64,000 nucleotides of DNA from Paraspadella gotoi (Eukaryota; Animalia; Chaetognatha), in assembly GCA_051294375.1 (NCBI GenBank), contig CM119269.1, positions 1,194,537 to 1,258,536 of the forward strand. The letters run 5' to 3'. The translations under genes were made by a program, and so were the position numbers. The stretch's first letter is position 1. Every line of letters starts with the position of its first letter. This document shows positions 36,357 to 50,270 of the stretch, piece by piece. The notes beneath the pieces were generated by a model. The model saw only the letters and a list, made by a program, of their open reading frames with translations. It did not search any database and was not told where the DNA came from.

Positions 36357-38563
36357 TACACTGCCATCCTGCAGGCAGATTCGTTTGCTTCTTGAGTTTC
36401 AACCCCTGAGGTGCAGCGGATTCCACTTTCAGATCCAGGGCCCAAAAAGATTCTAAAGGGAAGATTCTGACTCATCTGAATTTATTTTAGATATTTTAGA
36501 TATTTTAACCAAGGGCCCTCTTTTCCCCCTTTCAAAAATAAATCATTTCGTCTCTTTTATCTTTGAGAATAGTTTTAGTTAGGGATAACCTACCCTGTGA
36601 ATTCTAATAACAAATATCGCGGAAAATATTTTAGCCTCTGACATTTTCAAATTTTTCTACTCGGTTCCAAACTTCTCGATAATTGACCGGCATTTAAAGT
36701 CGATGGTATGAAACGAACAATAATGTTATATCTTTACTAAGCCAGTATGAAACTACTCTAGAGTCGGACAAAAACATAAGTTTTACAAAATTTCGATTTT
36801 CGATTTCAGTCGGTCTGTCCAGCTACTATATTTAGCTTCTCTTGGGAGAAACGGAATAAGGTAAACACTTTCACCTTTTATTTCTATGTCATTGAATGCC
36901 TTTCACATCACCACCTAATAAATTCGGACATTCATTTACCATCACAGAAAAATCGATATTAAAATCCTCACTAAATGACATCCATTCCATCACAGCATCA
37001 CCATTCGCTCTAATAATAAATAACAATAAAATTTGAAAAGAAAGTGGTGCTATCGAACCCGGCGCGGGAGCTCTCGATGAGGCAGAGTATACGACAGGAG
37101 AAGCAAATCCTGGCGGCGGCAGTGGCGCTGCATGGCAGAAGCATTCGATAAGCCAAAGACGTCGAAATTCCTTTCCAGAAAAGGTTCCGTTCGGCGTCGG
37201 CCACGCCCTCACGACGCCCCATTTCCTGATGATCGTGGATTTGTTGCATTCCGGGATTCGAATCAGAGCGAAATCTGGCATCCAGGCGCAAACTGCTCCT
37301 CGCGAAGCGGTGGCGTGCGGCTTCTCGGCGGCGAGACTGGTCGATCGTGCGCACGCAGTATTGGCGTCGGAAATATGTAACAGTCGGCGGCGCCGCGGTT
37401 TCGCAACGACGCGTCAGCCATCCGTCGGGCCTCATAACCTCGCAAGAGGCTTCTCCCGTCTTCGTGCGTCTATAAGCGGTGGGCGTATCGTCTGTCAGCG
37501 GCAATCTCAGAGGAAATCATGATGCGACGTCATCTCCCACGTCGACGGCCTGATCGCGGAAGCCATTGAAGGCATGCATAGTTGTTTAAATGTATTGATC
37601 AACTCGTCTCTTCGTCCATGTGCGGGTCGAGCTCTTGCGTCGGCCATGATTCCAATTCACATGTGAGGACATCGTCGATTTGGGCTTATATTCGTTCTTT
37701 TTATTTCTATCACAGATGAAATAATCGGTCGTAAGAAAGCATCCGTCGTGAATCGCGGTAATCGAAATTCGAAATTCGAAATCTTAACGGTCCGGTTCTG
37801 GGTTTCCTTGTAATATTATTGTTACAGCAAATACACTGTTCGTTTCAACCGTGCAAGATAATAAAACAAAAAATTTCATGCCGAAAGAACAATTTAAATA
37901 GGAACCCGCGCAAAAAATAAATTAATTACCAAAACGTCGAAATTCGTTAAAGCATAGATCACATCGTTTACACTAATCTTTTTACAATAGGGTAAAACTT
38001 TCTATGTCCAGTCAAAAGTCGAAAACTTTAGTGATTTATTCCATCGGTCGATCCTCAGTCCAATTAGTGTCGAAAAATTCGAAAGAATTTGTTTAATCAT
38101 GAAAATAAAATATTCATTTGCGAGTCGGTTGGAAGATAATCTATGATTGACGGAATTAGGAAAGAAAACATGGATAAATCGCTTGTTTCGGATGCACTGG
38201 ACGTCGAGTGAGGGTGTGTAAATAAAAATATTCGGTCTTAGCTAGTTGACATGAATCAACTGACATTATAAGAAAGTCGTGATCTATTTATTTGGCCTTT
38301 AGGTTCAATGTAAGAAACTTCCAAAAAAATTGTTTTCTTTTTGGCGCATCATAAATCATATTCTTAATGTCAGAGAGGCTAAAATAAAAAGCAAAAAAAA
38401 ATACACCAAACGTTTAAGAAAAAATTTACTTCAACTTTAGCAATGCATTCGTTTCATTGGGAAAAGAAAAAAATCTATATTACCCCCTTATCAACTCGGA
38501 CAAAACAAACATTGCAGATTCGCCGCGTACAGATAAGCTTCGAGGGCTGTCCGTTAAGCGAAC

Positions 38564-38577
38564 AACGCTGGCCACCA
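38564..38577 (-). promoter_or_regulatory. Primer-binding site, tRNA-Leu-like
   Basis: Minus strand TGGTGGCCAGCGTT; mirror copy tggtggcacagccgtt at 40024. Resembles the complement of the tRNA-Leu 3' end (..CCGCTGCCACCA). Confidence 0.65.
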
Positions 38578-38959
38578 TGTCGTAAACGTGGTGCCGTGGC
38601 CCTCAAAAGATGACGAATAGAGAGCTGGGATTATTGCATAAATCTGTCTAATTAGTTTTTGAAGTACCTGAAATAATTGTAGATTGCCAAAGTTGTATTA
38701 GAAAATTAAAAGCAGTGATAAAATATTGCATCTTAATCCCTTGAGATCGTAAAATGAAATAGGAAATGTAATAAAATCTCGGCCTCCCTCTCGTCTCTCT
38801 TCCTTTGTTTATTCTACTTAGACAAAATGTTTACAAAATAGGCGCTGAGTTCCAGGGAATCTATGAAATATTAAACTTTGGAACTTGAGAAAATTTAGAG
38901 GAGACAAAATTTGAACGAAAGTTAATTACTAAATGGAGGCTAATTAAATATTACTAACA
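38578..38959 (-). repeat. 5' LTR
   Basis: Near-identical direct repeat of 33066-33434. Confidence 0.9.
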
Positions 38960-39562
38960 ATATATTGATTAATCAATAATTAAGCAGTTATTTAATCAAT
39001 TAACCAATTTAATTAATCAATAATTAACTCAGTCAATTAATCAATCATTTATTATTCAATAAATCAATTTACTTGACTAATTATTAATTAATTTTTTAAC
39101 TAATTAATTAATTATATTGAATTAATTAATATATTAATTATTTACCGCTAATGATCGTGAGCAGATGCGACATTGTTTGCTCAAACTTGTTTACATTTTG
39201 TNNNNNNNNNNNNNNNNNNNNNNNNNNNNNNNNNNNNNNNNNNNNNNNNNNNNNNNNNNNNNNNNNNNNNNNNNNNNNNNNNNNNNNNNNNNNNNNNNNN
39301 NTTAAAATTCACATTAAGCTATGATTAATCATTAATTCAATCTATAATTAATTTAATTAGTTCAAAAACATTTTTAATTTAATTAATTTAGTTCAAGTTT
39401 TAACATTGATTTATTGCAATCAATAAATGACATTGATTAATTGACATCGATTTAACTTATCTGATTAATCTGCTGTTCACATTGGACTTACACTTTGGGT
39501 TTAATTGCATTACAATATACGAACCTGCCTTAATTATCTTTGAACTTAATCAATTATATTCG

Positions 39563-42500
39563 TCTTAAGTAATATCTTTAATTAGCCTCCAAGCTGTTAG
39601 TAATTTAACTTCTCCGTTCAAACATTTGTCCACAGCTCTCTAAATTTTTCTCCAGCCTTTCCAAAGTTTAAATATTTCATAGTTCCACACGGAAACTCAG
39701 CGCCTATTGTTCGTAAACATTTGCTTCTACAGTAGAATAAAACACAAAGCGCAAGAACGAGGACGAGCGAGCAGGCGACGCCGCATCCAGACCATAATAT
39801 ACGATCTGTAAACGAACGAATTCCACCTTTTTAGCGCATCTCAAGGGATAATTCAGACGATGCACATAGATTTAGTCACCTGTTTAATTTTCATAATTAC
39901 ACAACTGGCAATCTCACGAATTAATTACAAGAGCGTTAACTTCCAAAACTATTAGACAGATTATGCATTAACCAGCTCTACATATCCGTCATCTTTTGAG
40001 GGCCACAGACCACGTTACCGACATGGTGGCACAGCCGTTGGTTCGCTTTAACGGCACAGCTCCCTCCGAACGTTATCTGTACGCGCGAATTGATTGTTTT
40101 TGTCGAGTTTCGATAAGGCGGTAATATAAGATTTTTTTTCTTTTCCAATGAAACGAAATGCATTGTAAGTGAAGTTAATTTTTTCTTTAAAACGTATTGG
40201 TGTATTTTTTTGTCTTGTTTTTAATTTTAGCTCTCTGACATTTTAGAATCATGATTTATGATTGCCGAAAAAGAAACAATTTTTTGGAAGTTTCTTACAT
40301 CTAACCTAAAGCCAAATAAATACCGTATCCACGACTTTTCTTATATGTCAGTGATTCTGTCAACTAGCTAAGACCGAATATTTTTATTTACACACCTCCA
40401 CTCGACGTCCAGTCATCCGAAACAAGGCGCATTTATCCCAGTTTTTCTTTTCCTTGCAATCCTCCAATACATAGATTATTCTTTCCAACCGACTCGCCAA
40501 ATTGAATATTTTATTTTCATTTATTAAACAAATTCCTTTCGAATTTTTTCGACACTATTTGGCACTGAGGATCGACCGGATGGAATAAATCACTTTAAAG
40601 TTTTCCGACTTTTGACTGGACCATAGAAAAAGATGTTTTTACCGCTATTGTAAGAAAGAATTAGTTGTAAACGATGTGATCTATGTTAACGAATTTCGAC
40701 GTTACTTGGTTAATTTATTTATCTTCGGCGCGCTTCCTATTTAACTTGTTTTTTCGGCATTGAAATTTTTGTGTATTATCTTGCCCACGGTTGAAAACGA
40801 ACAGTTGTATCTTGTGTAACCAAATTTAATATTACAAGGAAACCAAACGGCGAACCTGGTTACAGATTTCGAATTTCGAATTTCGATTACGGATTTCACG
40901 ACGGATTGCTTTCTTACGACGATTGATTTCATTTGCTGATAGAAATAACAAAGACACGCACTATAGCCAAATCGACGATGTCCTCACCATGTGAATTTTG
41001 GAATCATGGGCCGACGCAACGACGCTCGACCCCGCGATCATGACGAAGAGACGAGTTGCATCATTAACATTCTAAACAACTATGCATGCCTTCAATGGCT
41101 CGCGATCAGGGCGTCGACGTGGGAGAGACGTCCCGATCTGATTTCCCTCTGAGATTGCCGCTGACAGACGATACGCCCACCCGCTTTTAGACGACGAAGA
41201 CGGGGCAGACCTCTTTGCGAGCGTTTTGAGGCCGCACGACTGGCATGACGCCGTCGGTTGGGAAACCGCCGGCGCCGCCGACTGGCTTACATATCCGACG
41301 CAATAACCTGCGTAGCCGCACGACTCGACCAGTCTCGCCGCCGAGAAGCCGGCACGCCACCGACTTCGCCGGGAGGCTTATTTTGGTCGCCTGGATGCCA
41401 TTGATTTCGCTCTGATTCGAATCCCGGGAATTTGCAACACAATCCACGCATCATCAGGACATCAATGGGGCGTCGTCCGAGGGCGTGCGCTACGCCGAGA
41501 ACGGCAACCCTTTTTCTGGAAAGGAATTTCCCGAACGTCTTTGGGCTTTATCGAATGCTTCTGCCCACTGCAGCGCCACTGCCGCCGCCAGGCATTTGCT
41601 TCTCCTGTCGTATACTCATGCCTCATCGAGAGCTCAGCGCCCCGGGTTCCGATTGAGCACCACTTTCTTTTTAAATTTATTTTATTCTATTATCCTTAGA
41701 GGCGAATGGTGATGCTGCTGATGGACGATGCGATTGTTCATTTACGTTGAGGATTTTAATACATCGTATTTTTTCTGTGATGGTAAATGGAATGTCCGAA
41801 CTTTATTAGGTAGCGGCTTGCAGTTGAAGGCATTCTAATGACATAGAAATAAAAGGTGAAAGTGATACCTTATTCGCTTCCTCCAACGAGAAGCCTAAAC
41901 GTATCCAGTACCTGAGACAGACCGACTTGAAAATTACGAAAATCGACAATTTTTGTAAACTTATGTTTTTGTCGACTCTAGACCGCTAGTTCTATACTGG
42001 CCTTAGTAAAGCACTCGTATTAACATTATTGTTCGTTTCATACCAATTACGACTTTAAAATTTGCCGCCGATCAATTATCGGAGAAGTTTGACACGAGTG
42101 ACGAAAATTTTGAAAAATGTCACGAGGCTAAAAACTATTGTTTCGCGATGATTGTTATTTAGAAATTCACAGGGCTGAGGTTATCCCTAACTAAAACCTT
42201 ATTCTCAAAGATAAAAGAGACTAAAGAATTTTATTTTTGCAAAGGGGGAAGAGGGCCCTGGTAAACAAATATCCTAAAATCATCTCTAAATACAATTTCA
42301 GATTTGCAGTCAGAACATCTTTCCCTTTAGAAATCCTTTGGGCCTCTCCGCGTTCATCTGCAACAGTGCGAATCCGCTGCAACCTCAGGGGTTGAAACTT
42401 CAAGAAGCAAACCGAATCTGCCTGCAGCGATGCAGCTGTTACAAAGCGTCAAAGGTCTTGCGCAGACCGGTATCCAAAGGTCAAAGGGTTGTTGCGAGAG

Positions 42501-45500
42501 CGGTATTCAAGGCTAAAGGTCTGCGAGAGCGTTAATTTGTAATTGCTTTAATTGTAATTTAATTGTACAATTGTTTAATTTGTAACTCGCGAGCATTGCT
42601 CCTGCTCGCTTGCTACATGCTATATCTCAACTAGACATCAATTACGAAAGAGAACAATGTCACGATCAAACCGTTCTAACACTCGACGCACTGATTTATC
42701 TAGCAAATACAAATCCGAAACTTGAAATAAAAGAAACACGCATTCGAAAATACTAGACATTGCTCCGGCGTACGAATCGCTTCAGCAAAATTATGCAGCG
42801 AAAGAATTCCTCAAATTTTAAAACGATTCGACCCGAAATACGAAAAGTGAGGCCAAATCCTTGGCATTCATAAATCTAACGATTACTAACAACTCGGCCT
42901 ACCTCGAACGCGCCTCGCCTCTACAATTATGAGTCACATGACTTACACGACTACATTCACAGGACACATCCTTCGCTTTTTTTAAAACACACTACAATCA
43001 GCCAGAAAATTATCTTTCGCATTATCTTGTTAAAGGACAAAACCGGAAACTGTAGATAAATCAATACTATTAGATACTAAAGCAGCTCGATCGAAATGGG
43101 CCGAACGAAAGATACACCACGATGCCCCTTATGGACACTGTACACTGACACATACCGTTTTTTTAAATATTTATATCCGACAATGCTACTTACGCCTGAA
43201 ATGCGACGACGAATCACGGACGCAAATCAGAAAAACTGTTTCAATATTTTGTGTTGAGTTACAACCATAAACCGACGGTGAAGCGAGAAACCATCGGACT
43301 AAAATGCCGTTTTTGCACCTAGACAACATACTTTTCTTGCCCCGATTTGCTGCCGCCGTCCGATTAGCAAAACTCTGAAAGGGTCCTATAATATATATAT
43401 TCTTACAGTAGAGGAATCTTTCTCTAATACGATTAAAAATCTACTTCGCGCTGAAGATGTCGCTCATGCCTTTTTAAAGAATATTGAATCCATGGAATTG
43501 GATTGCGTTTCGATCGCACTGCGTAACATGAGTACTCAAACGAAAGACGTCGCAATCGAACTATTTAAAGAAAACTGGCGACGTTACAAGTACAACAAAG
43601 TGGTACGTACGTCCAGTAGACATCAACTGCTACTCGCGATACGATTTAAATTAACTCTTGTTTCTTGATTCAAATTTTGAAATGGTTAGATAAAGAACCC
43701 GACTACGAAAGTGGTCCGACATTTTGAAGATAAGTCGTAACTCTTCCATAAACATGAGGTCCTTGCGTTCCTCGCTAAGCGGGATACATTCCAGCGTACC
43801 GGAAACACAGCATGAGTTTTGGAGAGAGTTTTGCCGGAACGAGATGTATTAAAAGTACCAAAATATTTGGACTGATAATACTAAAATATTACTGCCTATT
43901 TTCAATTTATTCGCTTCTCATTTATCCAAGGGAACGGGCCTTAGCGCAAGTCATTATTAAAATTAATGTCGGGGATTAATAGTGCTAAATCGAAATCAGC
44001 TGTGAAAAACATTTATAACTAACATGCCTTCGCCGTATGACCGATATTAGTAATCATTTCTAATTTTATCAGCATCTTACGGCGACGTTTGAAAGTAAAC
44101 AACAGACTCGTGAGGCGACTGAGAGAGAGAGAATAGGAGATGAGAGAGGAGCAGAGAGATGAGGAGCAGAGAGAGAGAGAGAGCAGAGGAGAAGAGAAAG
44201 AGCCGATCCACTTCGCTAAGCTCGCCCTCACTTCGTTTTATTTCGATGTTCTGGGAGATCCAATGCTAATTTAACTGAATGTATACAACATTAACTTTAT
44301 TATTGAAAATGTAATGTTGATCGAAGTCAACCTTGCAAAAGGTTGAACACAACTTTATTTGGATAAGATAGGAATTATTGACATTTCCAAAATTGCTTAA
44401 CCTTAAACCTCCCAAGCATTTGAGGCGCAACTGCAGGCAACGTTTTCTACTCTTGTGCGAGCAATTGAGCAGAAGTACAAGGGATACGGACAACACGATA
44501 CTTGAACTTGACGGACCCTGAAATACATAATTCTGTTTGCACGCCTTTTACTTCAAATAACCTGTTTGCATCGAATCTGTTTGCACGTCTATTCATTTCG
44601 ACTCAAATTGCATTTTTGCAATGTTTCGCACTTGAATTTAAATTCTGCACCTGTTCTCTTACCGAACACAAACCGACGACCATTGTAGGGCGACAATGCC
44701 AATGAGCAATGGCCAGACAGACACATTGCACAATGCAACCAAGACGACGACCAAGTAAAGCATCTAGAATGGTCAGGCTTGACAACATGCGAAAACACCT
44801 GATTGGTGATGGAACTGGAAGCATGCATTTATATTTCCTCCGGAGCCCCGAGTTGTGTGCAGCGACTGAACGAAAACGGAATTTCCTGCCTTAGTTGTTA
44901 ACGAAAATTCTTACCAAATTAATACTTTTATATTTTTACTTTAACAAAAAACCCTCCACTGTGCAAACGAATCTTACGCCTTAAGCCGTCCGTGATCTCG
45001 TTACCCTTCTTTACACCGTTAACAAGCGACATTGTGGCTCTTCGTGCAGCTCTCAGGCAGACAGCTGAGGTGCCGTCACTGTTCTTGAATTGTTAAAGTT
45101 AAAATATAAACATTATACTTTGGAAGGATTGAATGACTTAATTATAATCTTGCGCCACCTTAAAGAGGAATATTAAACTGATCCGTTACATCTTGACCAT
45201 GTTTGGGCCGTTTAGGAAAAGGAAGACGGCAGAATGCAGTTTTCCTTGATTGCATGTAATTGGGACAATTAGATCGAGTTAAAAATTTTTTTCGTTGCAT
45301 TTGTTGAAAAAAATATCGAAAAGTTGATGATGAATGAACGATTTTTGGGGCGTGAATGACGCCGATATTTGGGTGGAAATGTTTGTTTGATGTTTGCTGT
45401 CTACACTATGCGTTTCTCAATATACTTATATATATATAATTCTAATTTCACATTTTTAGGTTCCCCGAACTGTTTGGCCGCCAGTTCCTCGACTTATTTT

Positions 45501-46193
45501 CAAAACAATTTTATTTTCTTCGTTTTTTCACTATCTAGATGCAGCGCCGATTTATTTTTGTCCTTACCTCACTTTTCCCCAATTTAGCCTATGATGCTGC
45601 ATCAATTGTAATACTGTTATAACTATTAAGATGTATTTCGTACTACTGTCCTTACATCCGTGTGATCATTTGTACTCACTGTTTAGCTTACGACTTTCAT
45701 CACTTTCGCCATCTTTAACAAAAATTTGTTTTGAGTGGGGCAGATCTTGAGTAATTACTCTTTTATTACGCCTCCAATTAGTAATTTAACTTTTCGTCTC
45801 AACATTTTGTCTCTCTTAAATTTTTCATACAAGAATATATACAAGATAATAATATAATATTACAAATAAGATTTCCCAGGAACTCAGCCGCCTATTTTTG
45901 TAAACCTTTTCTTGTCTACAGTAGAATAAACAAAGGAAGAGAGACCGAGAGCGACATGAGGCCGAGACTTTTTAATTCACATTCCAATTTTTTTAGATCT
46001 CAACGGGCTCATTAAGATGCCCATAATTTTATCACTGCTTTACACTTTTCATCAATACCTCACCACCTTTCGGCTGAACTCTCACCAATTGATTTCACGG
46101 TAACTTCAAAAAGACTAATTTAGACAGATTATGCATAATCCAGCTCTCTATCGTCATCTTTTGAGGCGCCACTAGACCACCCGTTACCGAACA
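39563..46193 (+). mobile_element. Mirror copy of the LTR retroelement (noisy sequence)
   Basis: Reverse complement of 33066-38959. 5' LTR ends ..ttaccgaca at 40023 followed by tggtggc; 3' LTR ~45745-46193. Confidence 0.85.
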
Positions 46194-47107
46194 ATAATCT
46201 TGCATTTACTATTTCAATTTACACTATACTAAAAGAAAACGGAAGCCATACATCACATTGGAGGAAACTAATTTCCACTCAAACGAGCTCCATCAAAACT
46301 AAATTTCTAGCTTAATCAGACAACAAATTCTCCCTAGTCCACATTAAAAAAATTCAATGTCAATTGCCTTCACTCCCACTCTCGAGCGAATTGCGCGTTT
46401 CAATAGTGAAACTATATTTTTTTGGTTTTTTGATCCATTTTAAACGCCAATTTACCCTCGCACGATTCCACTCGAAACTTCAATATCCAGCTATATAAAC
46501 ACTTTCCTACCCACACACAAAATTTCCATCAATCCACCTCCAATCAGCAGTATAATTACGAGTTTCTTTGCTCAAGGGGGACGGACCAGCAGGCACGCCA
46601 CGACGGACACCGATGAACAGTCATTTTATTGCCATTTATTTATCATAATTCGATGTTCTGAGCATGATATAACATGTACAATGCCCGACAGAGATTGAGG
46701 GGGCGGCACCGATCGGAAACGACCAACAGCTGGATTATAAGGCTTAAGGCAAAGCCGATACACTAAAAAGAGAAAACAATATTCTTAAGCGGACGCGAGA
46801 CAGAAACAACTATAAGACATTCAGATAAGAAGAGAAAAAAAACAGGCGAAAAAGAAAATGGAACTTTTCTGTACGGAAATACAATGACTTCGGAGAATGA
46901 AACGTTTCTTGAATGAATACATACATATCATTCAGTGATTGCGTAATTTTCCGAATTGTTGTTTGTTTTGATTCAGTTACCAACGGAGGAAACGTTTAGT
47001 CACAACCAGACTAAGATTTGGTAACGGGTCCCGGGAGGTTTCGACTAATGATCTAAACAAAGTCGGACACTGGCGCCGTCGTGCGGGAGGACCCTCGGCT
47101 TGACCAG

Positions 47108-47151
<44 letters not shown>

Positions 47152-47858
47152 TCTCCTCTCCCTCTTCCTTCACAATGAATTTTGATGAAGCCTTAATGAA
47201 TGAGTGGCGAACGAGAGAGTGGGAGAAATGGCTGGTAAATGAGAAAAAAGAAAAGAAAGAGAGTGGGGGAGAAAGTTAGAAAGAAAGACAGAAAGAAAGA
47301 AAGAGAGCATGTCTATAGTCGTTGGAGCGGAAGCCCTCGAGAAGGCAAACCGCTTCGCCTCCTGTACCCTCGACTTTCTCTCGTCTCTCTTCTCCCTTCG
47401 TGAGTACTATATAGAGTGAGCGGTGTGAGAAGGAAGAGGAAAATCCTCCTCTTCCCCTCACCTTCACGGGTTTGTCTCGAGCCCATTGAGTGACTGACCT
47501 GTAAAGAGCTGTAAAGCGCTATCAGCAGCTTCTTGAACCCCTGTTACAGCCATGGAATGGGTCCTGAGCTTGGAACAAAGCTTTAGGGTTTTCCACACCC
47601 CTAAGGGGGTTTATTGCGGTCCTCAGGCTTCACACAGAGTAGTACAGGGTTGTGAATGAACCGGTTACCTCGGGGCCATGAGCTGATGGCTTTACTCAAT
47701 GAGCCAGTGGGTCACGACCGATGGTGTCATGCTTATAGGCCCGACTCCAGATCGAGTGGGAGTCGCAGGTAATAGAAACGAAGGAGGAAGAGGAGGATCC
47801 TATTGGCTCCTTCAAGGGTCGATAAGGACCAATCAACATCGAGGGTAGGAGACTATAT

Positions 47859-47936
<78 letters not shown>

Positions 47937-49193
47937 GAAAAGAGCTCCCATGTCCTCTTACGATGCTTTCTGAGTCAAACGAAGATTTAGCCGACTAAAC
48001 GAACTCGAATGACCGGAGACTCAAACACTGACCAAAATTTCCTGCCGCACAAGCAAAACTCCTCCTCCTCTTCCTCCTCCTCCTCCTCTTTTTTTTCTTC
48101 CCTCCTTTTCTCCTTTTTTTTCTCGATTTTTTAAGATTATTTTTTTCTCCGCCTAGATTTTTTTTATGTATGAATTTTTTTTTCTTTCAGAAAACAAAAC
48201 TTGATGGTTTAATTATTTTCCCAAAGGTCAGAACGAGTCAGAAGACCGCATTTATTTCGTGTCATCCTTTTTTTTCTTTCGGCCATTTTCTTTTTTGACA
48301 TTGAGAAATATTAAGAAAAATCGGTCGAAGACTATAAACAGATCTATGTGAACGAAAGAAGAAAAATGTATATCAGTATTTCATTAGATTTTTTTAAATT
48401 ATAACAATATTTGTAGACATAAAAAAACACAATAAACAAAAATTCAAAAACTGATTTGCGCCGATGAAGGCAAACACCATTGCCAAAATATATTTGTTAT
48501 TTTTTTATTATTAATAAACCTGTCGTTATTGTCATCAAAACTAAATTTGTACATTTTTGCGAGGTAACAATGTCGCAAGGAAAATATTAAAAATAAAAAA
48601 AATTTAAAAAAAGGGTAGAGAGCAACTAGACAAAAAAAAAAAAAAACAACCGGGAAAGTTAACTGTCTCTCTCTCTGTCCTTTTAAACTGCTATGGTGGG
48701 ATTGTGTGTGGATGCTCCAATCGTTCCAGTTAATCCACTCTTTGTCTTTCTCCTCGTTCCTTTCAAATCGCCCTGCATCTTTTTTTCCCCTTTTTTTAAT
48801 TTTTTTTAATCAACTTTTTTCCACACTCCATAACTCGCATAATTTCCTTGTCTTTTCATTTTTCTAAAACTTAATGATTAAACATTAATGATCGAACCTT
48901 TTTTTTACTTCTTTCACTAGAAAGTAATGCATTCCTTTCTTTTATCTACTTTTTATTTTTCCTTGTTACGATGCTTATTCTCTCCACAATCCGACATTTT
49001 TCTTTTTCACATCTTTTTTTTATATTTTCTTTCCTTTTTTCCTTTTTTCCTTGTTCTTTCTTAAGCTTCCTTCAGCTGGAGGAAAGGATTTCAGCTTTCG
49101 TGATCTCGAGATAAAACCACAGGAAACCAAATGAAACATTCGACCGCCAAAGCATCCTCTAGCCTTTGCATCTTTCAGCTTAGTTTTTTCCTC

Positions 49194-49292
<99 letters not shown>

Positions 49293-50238
49293 CCTCGTCC
49301 GACCGTGGCAGCGTCTTGACCCGGGGTTTTTGTGGCTTGAGATCGGGCATTAACTGCTGACGATAACCGCTTCTTCTGTCTCGCTCTGTCTCTCACTCAA
49401 ATTTTTTCTCTTCTTTTTTTCTATTTTCTTTTTCTTTTTACCTCGATCCTATTTTACTTGTTTTATACTTTCCTCTTTCCATATTTCTTTTTCCCTTTTT
49501 CCTCTTTTTCTTTTTCCTCTTTCCATATTTCTCTTTTCCTTTTTCCTCTTTTTCTTTTTCGTCTCTCTATCTTTCCTCTTTTTGTTTTTCCTCTTTCCAT
49601 TTTACCTCTTTCTTTCTTTCCTCTTTCCCTGTTTCCGTTTTCCTCTTTCCATATTTCTTTTTCTCTTTTTCCTCTTTTTCTTTTTCCTGTATCCATATTT
49701 CTCTTTCCCTTTTTCCTCTTTTTCTTTTTCGTCTCTCTATTTTTCCTCTTTTTGTTTTTCCTCTTTCCATTTTACCTCTTTCTTTCTTTCCTCTTTCCCT
49801 ATTTCCATTTTCCTCTTTCCATATTTCTTTTCCCCATTTTTCCTCTTTTCCCTTTTTCCTCGTCCAACTTTCCTCTTTCTACCCATGAATCTCGCCGTTT
49901 TATTCTCCGACGGAATTCCACTCGGTTCTGAATAATTGAATCGTCGCTACGATTTGTGGCGAAATCGTTTTGCCCTCGAATTTGCGAGGCGAAAGAGGCG
50001 TGGGTAAGTCTCGCGACGGCGCGGCACGTTTTGTCACTTTGTCAATTTGTCTGTATTAAGTTTGTTAGTTAAAACGAAAGGTCAGAATACGAATTTTAAA
50101 AAAATTATGTATAAGTTATATTTTAGCTAAAATACTTGCAATTTGAGTTAGAAAATTTTTCAGCAACTCTCGACATTTTATTCCTAGCGAAGGACAAATC
50201 CTTAGCAGTGTGTGACAGGCTCCTTCGCGTCAACGACC

Positions 50239-50270
<32 letters not shown>

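Larger units (their letters stand above)
33066..38959 (-). mobile_element. Gypsy/Ty3-like LTR retroelement, ~5.9 kb, apparently non-autonomous
   Basis: Direct ~370-380-bp TG..CA LTRs at 33066-33434 and 38578-38959. 4-bp TSD ATAT (33062-33065, 38960-38963). On the minus strand, PBS TGGTGGC(C)AGCG directly after the 5' LTR and PPT GGGGGGGAGA before the 3' LTR. Integrase remnants inside. Confidence 0.9.
32560..39192 (+). mobile_element. Helentron/DINE-like element (second family) split by the LTR element
   Basis: 5' end tttagtcggctctgc..gcttatatcc with a (GTCC)n microsatellite (32595-32610, 32690-32720). Two ~157-bp internal repeats (32741, 32898). A 3' hairpin gagca..tgctc followed by aaacttgttt lies at ~39158-39192, after the LTR element. 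Confidence 0.5.
20823..39201 (+). repeat. Left arm of large inverted duplication II (partner 39302-57097)
   Basis: Reverse-complement matches at 20823/57097, 21020/53125, 21780/52510, 23670/50550, 28810/50530, 31420/47850, 33066/46193, 38959/39563. Centred on a gap of exactly 100 N (39202-39301). Confidence 0.96.

Noticed and set aside
39302-46800. Apparent high divergence of the right-arm LTR copy as evidence of age or hypermutation
   Set aside because: Differences are mostly scattered 1-2-nt insertions that increase toward the gap, typical of low-coverage long-read consensus.
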